A DNA stretch of 62,555 nt, filler included, from Gonapodya sp. JEL0774 (taxonomy: Eukaryota): the NCBI GenBank assembly GCA_027604505.1. It is 34 parts of 34 records of this genome, joined end to end, with 100 filler letters (N's around TTAATTAATTAA, not from the genome) between each part and the next. Parts side by side here need not be neighbours in the genome. Positions count along the whole stretch, not along the records: positions 60,822 to 62,555 come from JADIIX010002693.1; 33 more parts are not named here. One strand, written 5' to 3'. Shown here piece by piece: positions 60,822-62,555 of this stretch (position 1 is its first letter; each line of letters begins with the position of its first letter). The notes beneath the pieces were generated by a model. The model made no database searches, had not been told where the DNA came from, and saw only the letters and a list, made by a program, of their open reading frames with translations. The position numbers and the translations under genes are program-made.

Positions 60822-62555
60822 TGTGACATGTCCTCTGAAGCGACTTGCTCTTCCTGGATGTCATTCAGGTTCAACACAATCCAATCTCCATTGATTCCAT
60901 TCATATCAACACTCGTTTTTCCGGCAGCCCTGATCAAGTCGGATACTGCAGATTCTCCGACGCAATCCGCACATCGGAGCTCACCATCAATAGGGACAGA
61001 CAGTGCAAGGAGGCTCGTCGTAGTAGTTAGCTTACTTCTGATGTTGTCAACGTCCAAGAGGAAACGAGAGACTCGCCACCTAAGAGCCCGATCATGAGGG
61101 TCATTTGAAGTAGACCACCTATCATCCGATGACATTGCGGGGATTGTGGCTCGGGTTCAAGGCAATGAATACTTGGATATTGGGGAAACACGATACTCAC
61201 ACACCACAAATGATCCATCCCTCCAGATCTTCGATGGACCACTCGTCTCCAATCAGCACAGCCATACGTGCTTGATCAATGGCTATTAATCCACCATCCA
61301 CAGGAGTGGGACCTTGTACCACCGCAAGAGCGAGCTGCGTGGGTGCAATCCGAGGTGGTCGGATTGAAATCATGCGCAGATGTAGCGGGAAAGAGAGACA
61401 AATAGCTAAACAACGCAAACATTGGATGAAGGACGGTTGTAGAAGAGAGCGCCGCTCAAGAAGCCTACCCCGGATCCAGAGTATTTCCGAAACAAGGCTC
61501 CCAATAAGCGCAACACACGCTAACGGCGACCTAGAAGAGACACCCGACCCTCGAGGTGCCCGCAGATTCTTTTATCATGGTATGGCTCAGCCTGGCGAAC
61601 ATGATGACATGGAAATGAAACATTGCTCACACTTTCGATAATCGTCACCACCTCATCATCCGTTACCCCGTCAGAAAAAACGGGCACCCTGACGACATTA
61701 TCCATCCCTGGCGTTTCTTCCGATGAAAATTTATCCACGTTGAGATGCCACACGCCCGAGTCGTCTGCTGATTCACCATCCGTTACTGTTCCGTGCGCCA
61801 CACCGAGCAAAGCATCGACTTGGCTACCTCGCCCAAAGATTGTAGAGCGCTGCAGAATCGCTTTAGAGAGGTCCTTGAGAGTATCTTTAGACAGCCGAAT
61901 GGACTGGGGTCGCAAGAGCGATGCTGGATAACTTCGAACAGGATTATCCCCTAGTGGAGCGGGATCCCTGAAAATGAAATCCCTTTGAAGGTGACATAAA
62001 GTACTCCTGGGTTAAAAATCAACAATAACTCACCACAGTGCTCGCAATGTCCTCGGTGGCTGGTAGGTGTAAGTCCCCAAAGGTCCGTTTCCCTGTACTT
62101 GGGTGGACAGTCTTGCGCTCCGCTCAGATTTGTTGAAGGCTATGAATTCATTGTACTCCACCAAGGCAGCGCTAGGGCCGTACGAGGAAGCGATAGGCCG
62201 ACTGTGCTCGTGAAGGACGTGGGCAGGAACAATTTGTTCCAAAAAAGCTTCCGACTCTGAAGCACTGCGTCCAAAGTCAGGTCGGCGCACAAGACTTGGT
62301 GAGGATGTCTGGTGGCGAGTGGGCGATGGAGAAGATTGATGAATTGTGGTAGATGGAGGGAAGACTCCGACCACTCTCAAGGGTTGATATATTTGAGGAG
62401 GTTCGCCGTTTCTGCCCTTTGGTATGCGAGGATCGTTCATATCCTTCGGAAGCTGCCGGGGCTCACGAACACTGCCTCCAGACCGTTGCACAGCTTTCGG
62501 TGGAAAGCCGTACGAATGTGCTGACGGCTCATGAGGTATCTCGCCCGGACGTCGC
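60822..62555 (-). CDS. Hypothetical multi-exon protein, partial
   Basis: Series of same-strand ORFs (62030-62491, 61520-61915, 61197-61418 and one running from 61135 to the contig edge) separated by GT-AG-like gaps. Family not recognised. Confidence 0.45.

Overview
This window is not one locus. It is a concatenation of 34 short contigs (about 1.73-1.75 kb each, in decreasing size order) joined by an artificial 100-bp linker (N44-TTAATTAATTAA-N44), so gene neighbourhood is only meaningful within a contig. The DNA is eukaryotic, with many short GT-AG introns. A Zn2Cys6 transcription factor, an Lcl2-like gene and a Crinkler effector together with the axonemal gene CFAP52 point to a zoosporic (chytrid-like) fungus; this taxonomic call is an inference. 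Recognisable, mostly partial genes: formate dehydrogenase, SmD1, C1-THF synthase/FolD, a thioesterase, O-acetylhomoserine sulfhydrylase, a CoA-binding protein, CFAP52, two PTGR-like reductases, Dbp5, a LAMMER kinase, an ABCB transporter, a cytochrome b5-domain protein, Psy2/PP4R3, SDRs, DMC1, PDI, Prp24, an acyl-CoA synthetase and MFS transporters. Most interesting observations: (1) an intron-containing ParB/Srx-domain gene directly downstream of nine regularly spaced ~15-bp palindromes, a parS/parB-like layout (41.0-42.4 kb); (2) a bacterial-type metY + CoA-binding-protein pair in operon-like tandem but with introns (9.3-11.0 kb); (3) a PHI-1/EXORDIUM domain fused to plant-type LRRs (24.1-25.8 kb); (4) a Crinkler effector with a PD-(D/E)xK nuclease domain; (5) a strongly CpG-depleted repeat relic. 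All family calls are from motif recognition by eye, with no database searches.
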